Below, piece by piece: positions 40,147 through 49,968 of a DNA stretch of 64,000 nt. The notes below the pieces were generated by a model. That model made no database searches. It saw nothing but the letters and a program-made list of their open reading frames with translations, and was not told the origin of the DNA. Source of the DNA: Gemmatimonadota bacterium (GTDB lineage Bacteria > Gemmatimonadota > Gemmatimonadetes > Gemmatimonadales > GWC2-71-9); contig JBDHKN010000007.1 in the NCBI GenBank assembly GCA_039586365.1, forward strand, positions 30,358-94,357, read 5' to 3'. Numbering within the stretch: the first letter of the stretch is position 1; every line of letters starts with the position of its first letter. The position numbers and the translations under genes are program-made.

Positions 40147-40359
40147 TCACTCCTCAAGCTTGGTGACGTTGCCCGCAGCGGGGCCCTTCTGGCCCTGCAC
40201 TATGTCGAACTCGACCCGCTCTCCCTCGCGCAATGATTTGAAGCCGGTGCCCTGGATGGCCGTGTGATGCACGAAGCAGTCCTTCTCTCCGTCATCACGC
40301 GTGATGAAGCCAAACCCCTTCTTCTCGTTGAACCACTTCACTGTTCCTGTGGTACGCAT
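40147..40359 (-). CDS. cspA: Cold-shock protein (CspA family)
   Basis: [16 protein letters not shown] (RNP1), FVHH (RNP2), GQKGPAA; AGGAG RBS before ATG 40359. Confidence 0.96.
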   Translation of the reverse strand: MRTTGTVKWFNEKKGFGFITRDDGEKDCFVHHTAIQGTGFKSLREGERVEFDIVQGQKGPAAGNVTKLEE

Positions 40360-40486
40360 TGCCGTACTCCTACTTATTGGTGTCATGATGTCGTCGGAGT
40401 CCGGGGTCGACCGTACCTACCGAGCGGGCATCGTTTTCCGCGGAACTTCCCCCGCGTGGGCCCACCTTCTCTGGTGGGTTGTAGTC

Positions 40487-40521
40487 AAAAAAAACGGCAT
40501 CCAGCTCAGAGCCAGATCGCC
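40487..40521 (-). terminator. Intrinsic terminator-like element inside the csp leader
   Basis: Minus strand GGCG-ATCTGGCT-CTG-AGCTGGAT-GCCG followed by T8. Confidence 0.65.
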
Positions 40522-40578
40522 TTCCATCCCATTCACTGGCTGCAGATGGGCCCACTGCGGCGGGCCTTTCAACCGTAA

Positions 40579-40607
40579 AGCGTAGCCCCATATACTCGCC
40601 GCGTCAA
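40579..40607 (-). promoter_or_regulatory. Putative sigma70 promoter of the csp-rpsU operon
   Basis: Minus strand TTGACG-N17-TACGCT; implies a leader of about 210 nt. Confidence 0.6.
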
Positions 40608-40857
40608 TTGCTGCCCCTAGCCCCCTCAGACAGGCAAGAAACGGGTGCTTCCTTCAATCGCCGCTACGCCGTCATGCCCGCTTTCTCTCCCTCCCGCTGT
40701 GTCAGCAGTGGCATGTGGAATCCACGCGTTACCGGCGTTGCACGACTCCTTGTCGCCACGATCGCGTCGGAGCACAATACTCGTCGGCGTCGGCGAGTCT
40801 CGCCAGGTCCCTGGGCGGCTGCACGTGCCTGCACCAAGACCACCCACTACACTGCAG

Positions 40858-41649
40858 CTACGAGCTTTCGAACAGTGTGATGTTGCCATTTACGGTCGAG
40901 AGAGTCAGCACCGGCCCTCCGAGCCCGATAACGCCCTGCATCACACCGGGTGCAACCTCGGTCAGTGAGAAATCCGAGGTAATGATTCCGTTCACAGTGC
41001 TGGCATGGACTTCGGCATTGGTGTTAGACGGAATCTGAACGGTGACATTGCCATTGACTGTGGTGAACTCGAGTCCCCGGTCCCAGTTGGCTGACCCAAC
41101 TGCCGCGTTGATGAAACCATCTACCGTAGAGGCCGTGGCTTGACCAGTGGTCGACACGACAGCGTTGCCGTTCACGGTAGAGACGAAAGCATCACTCAGC
41201 AGCAGTTCTGCAGACACATTCCCATTGACGGTCCGACCAACGAAGACAACACCGGCTGGGACAGCAACCACGAAGACGACTTCCACGTCGTTGTCCCGGA
41301 CCGCCATGTGTCCCTGATCCCCGGGTAAGCACTCGTTGGCCGGTTCCCCAGGGACATCCGGATACACAGCACAAATAGTGACGCCCGCCGCGTGAGTGAT
41401 CACTTCAAAACTGACCTGAGACGGATCGATTTCATGTTCGGCGAGCACAGACACTCGCACTTCTGATCCTGTTGTCGGTGTAGCCAACACGTCGCCGTTT
41501 ACGCCCTTGATCTCAATCTGATCGCCCTGAGCGATCAGACTATCCCAGCTGAACGCCGCTTCCACCGGCTCGGTGGATTCGTCACACCCCAGTACCCAGG
41601 CGCTGGCGAGAACCAGCGATACAACCGTTGTCTTGAGCTTCACCATCAC
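40858..41649 (-). CDS. DUF4097-type beta-strand repeat lipoprotein
   Basis: Repeated (S)TVNG(N/D)V units; VLGC lipobox. Confidence 0.8.
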   Translation of the reverse strand: MMVKLKTTVVSLVLASAWVLGCDESTEPVEAAFSWDSLIAQGDQIEIKGVNGDVLATPTTGSEVRVSVLAEHEIDPSQVSFEVITHAAGVTICAVYPDVPGEPANECLPGDQGHMAVRDNDVEVVFVVAVPAGVVFVGRTVNGNVSAELLLSDAFVSTVNGNAVVSTTGQATASTVDGFINAAVGSANWDRGLEFTTVNGNVTVQIPSNTNAEVHASTVNGIITSDFSLTEVAPGVMQGVIGLGGPVLTLSTVNGNITLFESS

Positions 41650-41721
41650 CTCCGTTCAGGATGCACATTACACGTGAGGTAACCAGCACAGTCCCTGCTC
41701 ATGGCGACCAAAGCGACACGG

Positions 41722-43041
41722 TCAGTTGATCCCTCCAAGTCTCAAGACGGCAACATAGCGTCTGTCCTTGGGAACTGTAACGGGCTGTGGAATCTTGGTC
41801 AGCGTCACGGACCCGACCACGTCGAGATCACGGTCAAGTACCTCTCCCCCAAATACTCCATCAGAACTTGCAGAGCTGAGGACCAAGTAAGAGAAAGACC
41901 TTTCAATCAACAGCGGTAGCGACTGATAGAAGGAGAACTTCAGGCTATCTCCTAGGAACACACCATCAGTACTGGTATCAATACCACCGAACACCCATTC
42001 ACCCCTGACGAATGCAGAGAGGTCAGTTGTATCTTCACCAGTAGCCGCAACATAGAGCTCCAAGATGACGTCCACTTCCGCACCCTCGACGATCCCAACC
42101 ATGCGGTAAAAACCCTCGCGTTCGTCGTCGCGGCTACCGACCACCTTCAAGGTATCGGTCTCAGCTACTAAGCTGCCAAACACCCCCATGCCACCCGTCA
42201 GGTTGTTGATGAATCCGCGCCCTGACACCGGTATGTTCGCGGATCGGATAAAGTCGAAGTACTTCTCGTCACCCAGTCCCAGCGTAACCGTGTAGTAGCG
42301 ACCGGCGGTAAAGATCGGCCCAGCGTCCTCCAATGCTGTGGTGTCTTCTTCCCCGAGGAGTCCCTCCAGGAAGTTCGGGAGATTGCCGGGCAACATCACT
42401 TCGGTCGTATCGACGAAGAACCGGAATACTGATCGCGAGGTCCCCGCGCTGTCAGGACGACGCACCTCAAGATGCAGCGCCCGCCCGGACGCTACGGTTA
42501 TCCTGGCCTCGAGCGTGTCAGTGTCACGGTTCATTTGGAGCGGCGGGCCAGGCAGAGTGACTGTACTGTCGCCCACTCGCAGGATCATCTCCACCGCACC
42601 CGGAACCTCAGTCGTTCCGGTAACGACCTGACCATCCAAGGTCGCTATCCGAAGATTCAGCGTGTCACCGGTCCGCATCGTGGGACATTCCGGAGATCCC
42701 CAGTACAGGCCGGCGGCTTGCGGCAAATCACGCGTGGCGGGGGTCTCACTGAAATAGGTCACACCACAGGGATCATTCACCATGCTGAAGTTGGTCACAC
42801 TCACCGCGGCACCGATGACAGGGAGCTGAGGCGGGCTACCCGGAATCGCACCGCCCGCCAAGAAATTGTCGTCCGCCCCGGTTAGCGTCTGTTCGATCAA
42901 GATCCACTGCCTGTCCAAATCGGGGCGCAGCACGCCGTGGACCACAACCATAGGTTCACTCTTGGGAATCACGGTCTCGCCGAATTCACAAGCAGACAGC
43001 GCCACCACGCAAGCCAGAGCAAAGAGAGCCGGGTATCTCAA
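41722..43041 (-). CDS. DUF4249-like outer-membrane lipoprotein
   Basis: LSAC lipobox, VVVHGVL, NNLTGGMGVFGS; overlaps the TonB receptor stop (ATGA-type coupling). Confidence 0.7.
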   Translation of the reverse strand: MRYPALFALACVVALSACEFGETVIPKSEPMVVVHGVLRPDLDRQWILIEQTLTGADDNFLAGGAIPGSPPQLPVIGAAVSVTNFSMVNDPCGVTYFSETPATRDLPQAAGLYWGSPECPTMRTGDTLNLRIATLDGQVVTGTTEVPGAVEMILRVGDSTVTLPGPPLQMNRDTDTLEARITVASGRALHLEVRRPDSAGTSRSVFRFFVDTTEVMLPGNLPNFLEGLLGEEDTTALEDAGPIFTAGRYYTVTLGLGDEKYFDFIRSANIPVSGRGFINNLTGGMGVFGSLVAETDTLKVVGSRDDEREGFYRMVGIVEGAEVDVILELYVAATGEDTTDLSAFVRGEWVFGGIDTSTDGVFLGDSLKFSFYQSLPLLIERSFSYLVLSSASSDGVFGGEVLDRDLDVVGSVTLTKIPQPVTVPKDRRYVAVLRLGGIN

Positions 43042-45314
43042 AACTCGAACTCCAACCCTATACTCGGTAGCAGGGGCAGCTGCGATACGGATGTCCTCGT
43101 GGGTGGTGAGTCATTGTAGTCAAACGTGTACAGGAACACGTTCTTCTTGTTGAGTGCGTTCACGAACTGGATGTAAGGGCGGAGCACACCACCCCATTTC
43201 CGCTTCTCCCAACGGAAGCTGATATCGAAGCGACTGTAGTACGGATATCGTCCGCTGTTCAACATCGGGCTCGCAATTGGTTCCCTCTCAAAATCCTCGA
43301 ACGTGTGGTCCGTGGCGTTATAGTAGCGGTGCCGCCATTCCCCGACGAACGGAGTGAACGGTAGAGGTGACCCGTATCCCCACCGCACACTCATCTCACT
43401 CCCCAACGGTCCCGGGGCCTGCACGATAACGTTCAGGGTGTGGCGCCGATCGTGGATTGCAGGATACTCGCGATCTCTCGACCGCCGAATAGCCTTGGAT
43501 AGCCCGTAAGCGATCCATCCTGTGACGCGGCCGGCGTGCTTCATCACGAGGAGATCGGCTCCCCAAGCGTGGCCTTCAACTGGGACCGTCTCATCTCCCG
43601 TGATTCGCGGATCCTCCTCCAGATTGCCGTCGATGATGTCATCGAAGGTCTTCCAGTAACCCTCCAACGATAACGACACCTGAGAACCGAACCATCTCTC
43701 GAAGCCGACAACGAGATGATCTGATCTGGCCACTGGCGTAACGCTGTCCGCGCCGATCCAAAAATCGAATATGTTCCAGGGCAGGTTCTGATCTCTCAGG
43801 GAATGGATGGCCTGGTAGTATCTGCCAGCCGAACCCGTGATTGCCATGTCTTGCGAGAGGAATGCCTTGAGGCCGACTCGGGGCGCCCAGTTAACCACAT
43901 CTGGACCTTCTACCGCCTCCATTCGTATTCCGGGCCGCAGGAACAGCCAGGGAAGAGCGCGCCACTGGTCGTCGACAAACGCGGACCAGATGCGCGGGTC
44001 GTACGTTGTCGTGAAGAAGTCAGTTCCGAAGACCTCGCTAGACACATCGTAAGCCATCTGATAGTCATCGACGCCACCACCAATCCGGACGTCATGAGTT
44101 GCGCCTGGAGCCAGCGCGAGCTTGACCCGTGTCGATAGCATCCGGAGATCGTTGGAAGCCCGGAAGATTCCTGGTTCAAGGCCGAACGTAATGGAGAACT
44201 CACTGACACCGGCATCGACGGTTAGCTGTCTATTCCCGAATGGGTAGCGGAGATTCATACCAACCAGGCGATTGCCCCACCTCGCATCGAGATCCACTCC
44301 CTCCCGCCCTGGTTCTTGTTCGATCCACGGCCACTCGACTACATCACTTCCCCAGTACCCCGTGGCTGAGACGCTCCCTCCATCTCCCACCGGCAGCGAC
44401 AGCTTCGCCAACCCATCCCCGAAGTAGTAGGGCATCGTCTCATCACTCAGAGCCCCGATGAGGAAATCAGCATACGTGCGCCGTGCACCCAACAAAAACG
44501 ACGCCCCAGTTCCGAGTACTGGACCTTCGACGAGCAATTTGCTGGATATGAGCGAGATGTTGCCATCGACCCTAACTCGGTCTATCCGCCCTGGTCGCAC
44601 TGACACATCCATCACACTACTCAATCGTCCGCCGTACTCTGCCGGGAAAGCCCCGGTGATGAACTCTACATCTTCTACAGCATCCGCGTCGAATGTGCTG
44701 AACAACCCGCCCAGGTGAGATGGATTGAAGATGGTGATGCCATCGAGTTGGATTAGATTCTGATCCGGCTCCCCACCGCGCACATTGAAACCAATCGAGT
44801 AGTCATTCGTTGCGATTGTCCCAGGAAGCAGTTGCACTGCCCGGACTACGTCGGCTTCGGCGAGGCCAGGAACGCGCGTGATCGTTTCACGGCCAATGCT
44901 GACCACACTCGGCTGAACCAATTCCTCGAATCTCTCTCGCGCTGCTGGCCTGGCTCGAGTCACCACCGGAGCCAACTCGACTGCTGCCGTGCGTAGATAC
45001 ACCGTCAAGACGTCCCTGCCGGGGGGAAGCCACACTGTGTCGGGCCTGACTCCCAAACGATTGAAAGTGATAGCCAGTCTCGATCGCGGTACGCTGCGCA
45101 ACCGAAACATCCCCCCATCCCCCGTCACCGCTGTTAAGCCGAACGTGGGTACCAGCACACGCACGCCAGCGATCGGGACGCTATCACCCACAGTGAGTAC
45201 GGTCCCAATCACGTCGCGCACTTCCTGAGCAGCCGATGGTAAGGAGGTGCAGGACAGTGCCAACAGCGCACGCGCGACCCTGGACAGTTGCCGGTTCATA
45301 AACCTCATCACCAT
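43038..45314 (-). CDS. TonB-dependent receptor with N-terminal carboxypeptidase-regulatory-like domain
   Basis: LLPG..VRGG..DQN..LDG..IFNP.HLGGLFSTF plug motif, GGRLSSV, C-terminal FEF. Start near 45314-45299; the ORF-track extension overlaps the divergent gene. Confidence 0.9.
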   Translation of the reverse strand: MVMRFMNRQLSRVARALLALSCTSLPSAAQEVRDVIGTVLTVGDSVPIAGVRVLVPTFGLTAVTGDGGMFRLRSVPRSRLAITFNRLGVRPDTVWLPPGRDVLTVYLRTAAVELAPVVTRARPAARERFEELVQPSVVSIGRETITRVPGLAEADVVRAVQLLPGTIATNDYSIGFNVRGGEPDQNLIQLDGITIFNPSHLGGLFSTFDADAVEDVEFITGAFPAEYGGRLSSVMDVSVRPGRIDRVRVDGNISLISSKLLVEGPVLGTGASFLLGARRTYADFLIGALSDETMPYYFGDGLAKLSLPVGDGGSVSATGYWGSDVVEWPWIEQEPGREGVDLDARWGNRLVGMNLRYPFGNRQLTVDAGVSEFSITFGLEPGIFRASNDLRMLSTRVKLALAPGATHDVRIGGGVDDYQMAYDVSSEVFGTDFFTTTYDPRIWSAFVDDQWRALPWLFLRPGIRMEAVEGPDVVNWAPRVGLKAFLSQDMAITGSAGRYYQAIHSLRDQNLPWNIFDFWIGADSVTPVARSDHLVVGFERWFGSQVSLSLEGYWKTFDDIIDGNLEEDPRITGDETVPVEGHAWGADLLVMKHAGRVTGWIAYGLSKAIRRSRDREYPAIHDRRHTLNVIVQAPGPLGSEMSVRWGYGSPLPFTPFVGEWRHRYYNATDHTFEDFEREPIASPMLNSGRYPYYSRFDISFRWEKRKWGGVLRPYIQFVNALNKKNVFLYTFDYNDSPPTRTSVSQLPLLPSIGLEFEF

Positions 45315-45513
45315 GCGTATGGTTCCATTGTACAACTGCCCGAGAACGTAGTTCCCCCGGTTCTCATACTGGATGGTCCGGTTCACCAAACATAACCGCC
45401 ATCCGGAACCATAGAGAGCCATCCATTCATAGCCGCGACTGTTTCTTCGACCGGAACCGGATATCTTCCAAATCCAGACTGGGACCCTCGCCATCTCACA
45501 AGAGGAGTCGGCT

Positions 45514-46506
45514 TTGCTAACGCATAAGGTGTCCGTGAGTTCATCGATGACGTGGTGTGTGCCGTGGCGGGCTGCGTGTTGCTTCTCGGTGCTGGCCTTT
45601 GGCTGCGGGCAGAACCAGGAGGATGTACAGGTGAATCCACTCCGTGACTTCGGCATCACAGCGAACAACGTGTTCTTTTACTACGATAATCTGGAGCGGG
45701 CCACTGCATTCTACACACAAACTCTGGGTCTCTCCATCGCGGCAGACTACGGCTTTGCCAAGATCCTCCATGTGGCACCAACCTCATACATCACTTTGGT
45801 AGACGCCACCAAGGGAATGCACACTACCGCCGAGCCTAAGACCGTGGCGATCGCTCTGCTAACCGATCAACTGGACGAGTGGTACGAATACCTCGAAGGG
45901 GAGAACGTGGAGATCAAGTTTCAGTATGATCCGGTCGAGGGCCGTCCGCATCACGGTTTCGTCGCGCTCGATCCGGAGGGCTACTACCTAGAGTTCGAAC
46001 GGTTCAATGAGCATCCGGAAAACCAATACCTCATCCCACTGCTGGAAAAGACCGAGACGATTTTCCCAGATCCCGCGATCAGCACTTCAATACCGCCGGG
46101 GCTAGGTTTCAAAGCTACAGTCCTCTGGCTCTACTACAGAGACATGGAGGGCATCCAGCACTTCTTTGAAGAACACCTAGGCCTGAACATGATCGTCGAC
46201 CAGGGCTGGGCCAAAATCTATCAGACATCGCCGTCAGGGTATATCGGACCAGTGGATGCGACCAGAGGGATGCACTCATACACCGAGAGCAAGGCTGTCA
46301 CGGTATCGTTCCTGACCGATGACCTCGATGGCTGGTTTGACTATGTGAAGAGCCACGACGCGTTCGAACTACGACTCGAGGAGATCAGCGAGGACGACGA
46401 ACGGTATCGCGCTTTCGTGGGATACGATCCGGAGGGGTACTATCTGGAATTCGATACGTTTCTCGTCCACGAAGACAACGCTCGGCTGCTCGAGGCACTA
46501 CGGTGA
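45514..46506 (+). CDS. Tandem VOC/glyoxalase-domain lipoprotein
   Basis: Two internal repeats, each ending DPEGYYLEF; LAFGC lipobox; GAGGAG RBS before the TTG. Confidence 0.8.
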   Translation: MLTHKVSVSSSMTWCVPWRAACCFSVLAFGCGQNQEDVQVNPLRDFGITANNVFFYYDNLERATAFYTQTLGLSIAADYGFAKILHVAPTSYITLVDATKGMHTTAEPKTVAIALLTDQLDEWYEYLEGENVEIKFQYDPVEGRPHHGFVALDPEGYYLEFERFNEHPENQYLIPLLEKTETIFPDPAISTSIPPGLGFKATVLWLYYRDMEGIQHFFEEHLGLNMIVDQGWAKIYQTSPSGYIGPVDATRGMHSYTESKAVTVSFLTDDLDGWFDYVKSHDAFELRLEEISEDDERYRAFVGYDPEGYYLEFDTFLVHEDNARLLEALR

Positions 46507-46564
46507 TGACTCCTACCCAATAACTGCCTGGTACGACCCGACGAGAGTTCCGCCACCCGAACCT

Positions 46565-47758
46565 CTAGCGACCCTGTGCCATGATCGTGAACGTGTCCAC
46601 AATCCCGCCACCTAACTGCGTCACCATGACCTTCAACCGGTTCTCCGTGACATCGACTCGCGTGAGCATGTCCTTTCCATTGATTAGAATCGGGTACATG
46701 TTCTTCCCGGGCTCAGGGTCGAGGCGGGAAAACCGGTGAGTATGGCCGTTAAGGACGAGATCAACGCCGGCTTCATTGAGTAGCTCATTCCACGTCTCGC
46801 TCACATGTGTTGCACCGTGGCCGCGGCCGCCGAAGGGCGGGATGTGGAAGAGAGCCACCCTGAATCTGGCAGTCCTGGACGCCACTGTTTCGATATCCCG
46901 TCTTAGCCAATCCGCCTGCTCCTGCCGATACTGATCGAATTCAGCCAATCCCGCATAAACGGGATGCGAATCCTCCTTGTCTTCACCGGAATCGAGAACG
47001 ATGAAATGGACTGACCCCTGATTGAACGAATAGTAGAACCGACCGTTCCGCGTCGGGAAGAAATCCATCAAACGTCTTGCGTTCTTTCCTCTGGTTTCGT
47101 GATTGCCTCTGACCAGGATGAGTGGGATCTCGCGGGCGAAGTGCCTCACCGATGTATCGAGGAACCCATCGAACAACTGTGAGTCGTCTTCGTAATAGTC
47201 GATGAGATCACCGTTGTAGAAGACCAAGTCGATCTCGCCCCACGGGAGGTCCCGGAGCATGCCGTCGAGCTCGGTGGTATCCTGGTGGATATCGTTCAGC
47301 ACCACAAAAGAGAACGAATCCCTTTCCAAGTCCAGAGTTGTGAAGTGATGCACCCCACTCGCTGTACTGGCGCCATAAGTGACTTCATAGGGCTGAAACT
47401 CGAGAATCTGCTTCGAGAAAATACGATATCTGTACTGTGCACCAGGTTCCAGTCCTGAGATCAGCACTCGGTGAAGCTTCGTGTACGCTTCCACCAATCC
47501 ATGACTGCTGCTCTTCGCAGTCTGCACCACACTCCCATAGGTGGGGAAACTCCCCAAGTTCTCGCCAGTTCCGTATTCCACCCAGGAAATGGCTCTGTCG
47601 TTGGTGGTCCAGACAATCATGACCGAGGTCTCGGTAAGCTGTTGCAGGTAAGGACCGTGGGTCAGAGTGAAGTCGGGTTCCTGCGCGGCGGCACCAAATG
47701 CCAGCGTGGTAGTCGCCAGGATTGCTGCAAATGTGAACTCACATCCGTGTTTGGTCAT
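46565..47758 (-). CDS. Purple acid phosphatase-like metallophosphoesterase with FN3 N-domain
   Basis: GPYLQ, NDIH, GDLID, RGNHE, GHTH; signal peptide. Confidence 0.9.
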   Translation of the reverse strand: MTKHGCEFTFAAILATTTLAFGAAAQEPDFTLTHGPYLQQLTETSVMIVWTTNDRAISWVEYGTGENLGSFPTYGSVVQTAKSSSHGLVEAYTKLHRVLISGLEPGAQYRYRIFSKQILEFQPYEVTYGASTASGVHHFTTLDLERDSFSFVVLNDIHQDTTELDGMLRDLPWGEIDLVFYNGDLIDYYEDDSQLFDGFLDTSVRHFAREIPLILVRGNHETRGKNARRLMDFFPTRNGRFYYSFNQGSVHFIVLDSGEDKEDSHPVYAGLAEFDQYRQEQADWLRRDIETVASRTARFRVALFHIPPFGGRGHGATHVSETWNELLNEAGVDLVLNGHTHRFSRLDPEPGKNMYPILINGKDMLTRVDVTENRLKVMVTQLGGGIVDTFTIMAQGR

Positions 47759-48009
47759 TGCCTTGCTTCGAATTGCCGGTCTAACTCCGTCACGCCCCAA
47801 TCGTGCAGCACTGCGGCCGTAGGGCTCAGATGTATCGCCGAGCGCACGGGGGACATCGACAACTGGTGTAACCGATATCCCATTGAATCCGACGTCTCGA
47901 CATTACGAGACACCGGACAGCCCGACGAACGGTGAGAGTTGTCCGGTGTCCCACATCAATCCATCGATCCCGCGGATATCGGCTCAAGCACTCTCGCGAA
48001 GCCGTGACA

Positions 48010-49731
48010 CTAGCCTTCCCCCGCTCCGCGGCTGTACATCACTTTCCCCCCCACGATGGTGTACACCACTTCCGTGGTGGGAAGTTCCTCTTCCGGAACC
48101 GTCATGATGTCCTTGGAGAGTACGGTTATGTCAGCCAACTTGCCCGGTGTCAGAGAGCCCTTGATGTCTTCCTCGAATCCGGCGTACGCGGCATCCAGCG
48201 TGTATGATCTGAGGGCTTCCATCCGTGACATGCTTTGGTCCGGGAAGAAGACTGATCCATCCTTCAAGCGACGCGACACGGACGCGTAGTAACTTGCGAT
48301 CGGATCCACGTCCTCCACGGGAGCGTCTGTACCGTTCGAAATAACTGCACCCGTTTGGAGCAGCTTCTGCCAAACGTACGCACCCTCTTCGGCCCTTCTC
48401 TCACCGAGCCGAGCGAGCACGTAGGGGGCATCGGAGGTGCAGTGAATCCCCTGCATCGAAGCAATCACGCCCAACTCGCCGAAGCGCGGTATGTCATCGG
48501 GATGTAGGTGTTGTGAATGCTCGATGCGCCAGCGAAGCTCCGTCCTTTCGGGATTGGCCCGAAACGTCTGCTCAAAAATGTCGAGCACCTCCCTGTTGGC
48601 CCGGTCGCCGATCGCGTGGACGGCGAGCTGGAACCCGTGCTCCATCGCCAGCCTTGCAGTCTCCTCCACGCTGGCAACCTCACTGGTGTTCAGGCCCCTA
48701 CTGCTGGGCAGATCTTCGTATGGTGCAAGTAGCCACGCACCGTGCGGTCCAAGGGCTCCGTCGATGCTTCGCTTGATGGCCCGCACCGTGAGATGGTTGT
48801 TACCGTAGCCGATGATCTTGTACTCAGGTAGCCGTTCGGCGAGCCGCTCGTTTGAAGTCCGGATCATCACCCACATGCGGATTCCCAACGTCCCTTCGTC
48901 AATCATCCCCTTGAGCATGTCGATTGTTTCGAACGAGGAACCAGCGTCATGGAAAGTGGTGATGCCCTTGGATAACGCCTCCTCCGCAGCCACCATTGCC
49001 TGACGTTTCGGATCCGGTCGCACCGCATCACGCGTAGCCGGCCCCAAGAGTCCGGAAGCGGTCTCGCGGAAGACGCCGATAGGCTCTCCGTTCGCGTCTC
49101 GGACGATCTGACCACCTCGGGGGTCTGGGGTCTGCCGCGTGATGCCGGACATTTCCATTGCCTTGGCATTGGCAAATGACGCATGCCCACTGGCATGCCG
49201 GAGCACGACAGGGTTGTTCGGCGACGCGGCGCTCAGCGAATGGTGGCTAGGTAGGCCATCCACGGCGTTCTCAGGCGTCTTATCCCATTTTTCCTGATGC
49301 CACCCTCTACCTCGTATCAACTCTCCTGCAGGAGCGTCGGCCGCCACAGTCGCTACCATCCCCACGACCTCGTCCCAGTTGGTGACATCCATCAGGTCGA
49401 GCTGCATCTTTGCGTCGCCTACACCCAGGAAATGACCGTGGCTATCGATGAAACCTGGGATAGCCAGCTTACCGTCAAGATCGATGACCTCCGTCCCCCG
49501 CCCGATATAGGCATCGATCTCTTCGACGGTCCCCACTGCGAGGATCGTATCTCCCTTGACCGCGATGGCCTCACCATCAGGAACAGCGTCGTCGACCGTC
49601 ACCACTTTCCCGCCACGCAGCACCAGATCTGCTGCAACCTCAGGCTCTGGCGCACAGGACGCAGTGACACTAAACACAAGGAATAGAAAGAAACCAACGA
49701 ACGAACGGACATGCCCGATGGCTGATGCCAT
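48010..49731 (-). CDS. Amidohydrolase_3 (YtcJ-like) family lipoprotein
   Basis: PGFIDSHGH, DGALG, HAIGD, RIEHSQH, GTDAP; GGAGG RBS before ATG 49731. Confidence 0.92.
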   Translation of the reverse strand: MASAIGHVRSFVGFFLFLVFSVTASCAPEPEVAADLVLRGGKVVTVDDAVPDGEAIAVKGDTILAVGTVEEIDAYIGRGTEVIDLDGKLAIPGFIDSHGHFLGVGDAKMQLDLMDVTNWDEVVGMVATVAADAPAGELIRGRGWHQEKWDKTPENAVDGLPSHHSLSAASPNNPVVLRHASGHASFANAKAMEMSGITRQTPDPRGGQIVRDANGEPIGVFRETASGLLGPATRDAVRPDPKRQAMVAAEEALSKGITTFHDAGSSFETIDMLKGMIDEGTLGIRMWVMIRTSNERLAERLPEYKIIGYGNNHLTVRAIKRSIDGALGPHGAWLLAPYEDLPSSRGLNTSEVASVEETARLAMEHGFQLAVHAIGDRANREVLDIFEQTFRANPERTELRWRIEHSQHLHPDDIPRFGELGVIASMQGIHCTSDAPYVLARLGERRAEEGAYVWQKLLQTGAVISNGTDAPVEDVDPIASYYASVSRRLKDGSVFFPDQSMSRMEALRSYTLDAAYAGFEEDIKGSLTPGKLADITVLSKDIMTVPEEELPTTEVVYTIVGGKVMYSRGAGEG

Positions 49732-49968
49732 GTGGACCTCCCTGCACGCGGCAGCTTGAGTTCTGAGTGAAGAGCCCGGAGCCTGAAACATCCATCCCAA
49801 CAACGAGCCCATCTGAAAACGGGCCCTCAACAACAAACATACAAGATTACGTTGATGGAAGCAGGTCGGTTGTATGGGTCTGTGAATGGTGAGTCACGCG
49901 CTGAGAGCCAAGAGCAGTGCCCTAGCTAGAAGGATAGTCCGCACCCGCTTGACCGTGATGCTCTTTGC

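Noticed and set aside
40608..40857. Possible tRNA, ncRNA or small ORF between the csp promoter and the DUF4097 gene
   Set aside because: No cloverleaf or T-loop consensus and no convincing RBS-led ORF.
45315..45668. N-terminal extension of the TonB receptor in the ORF track
   Set aside because: It overlaps the divergent VOC gene; the signal peptide begins near 45314-45299.
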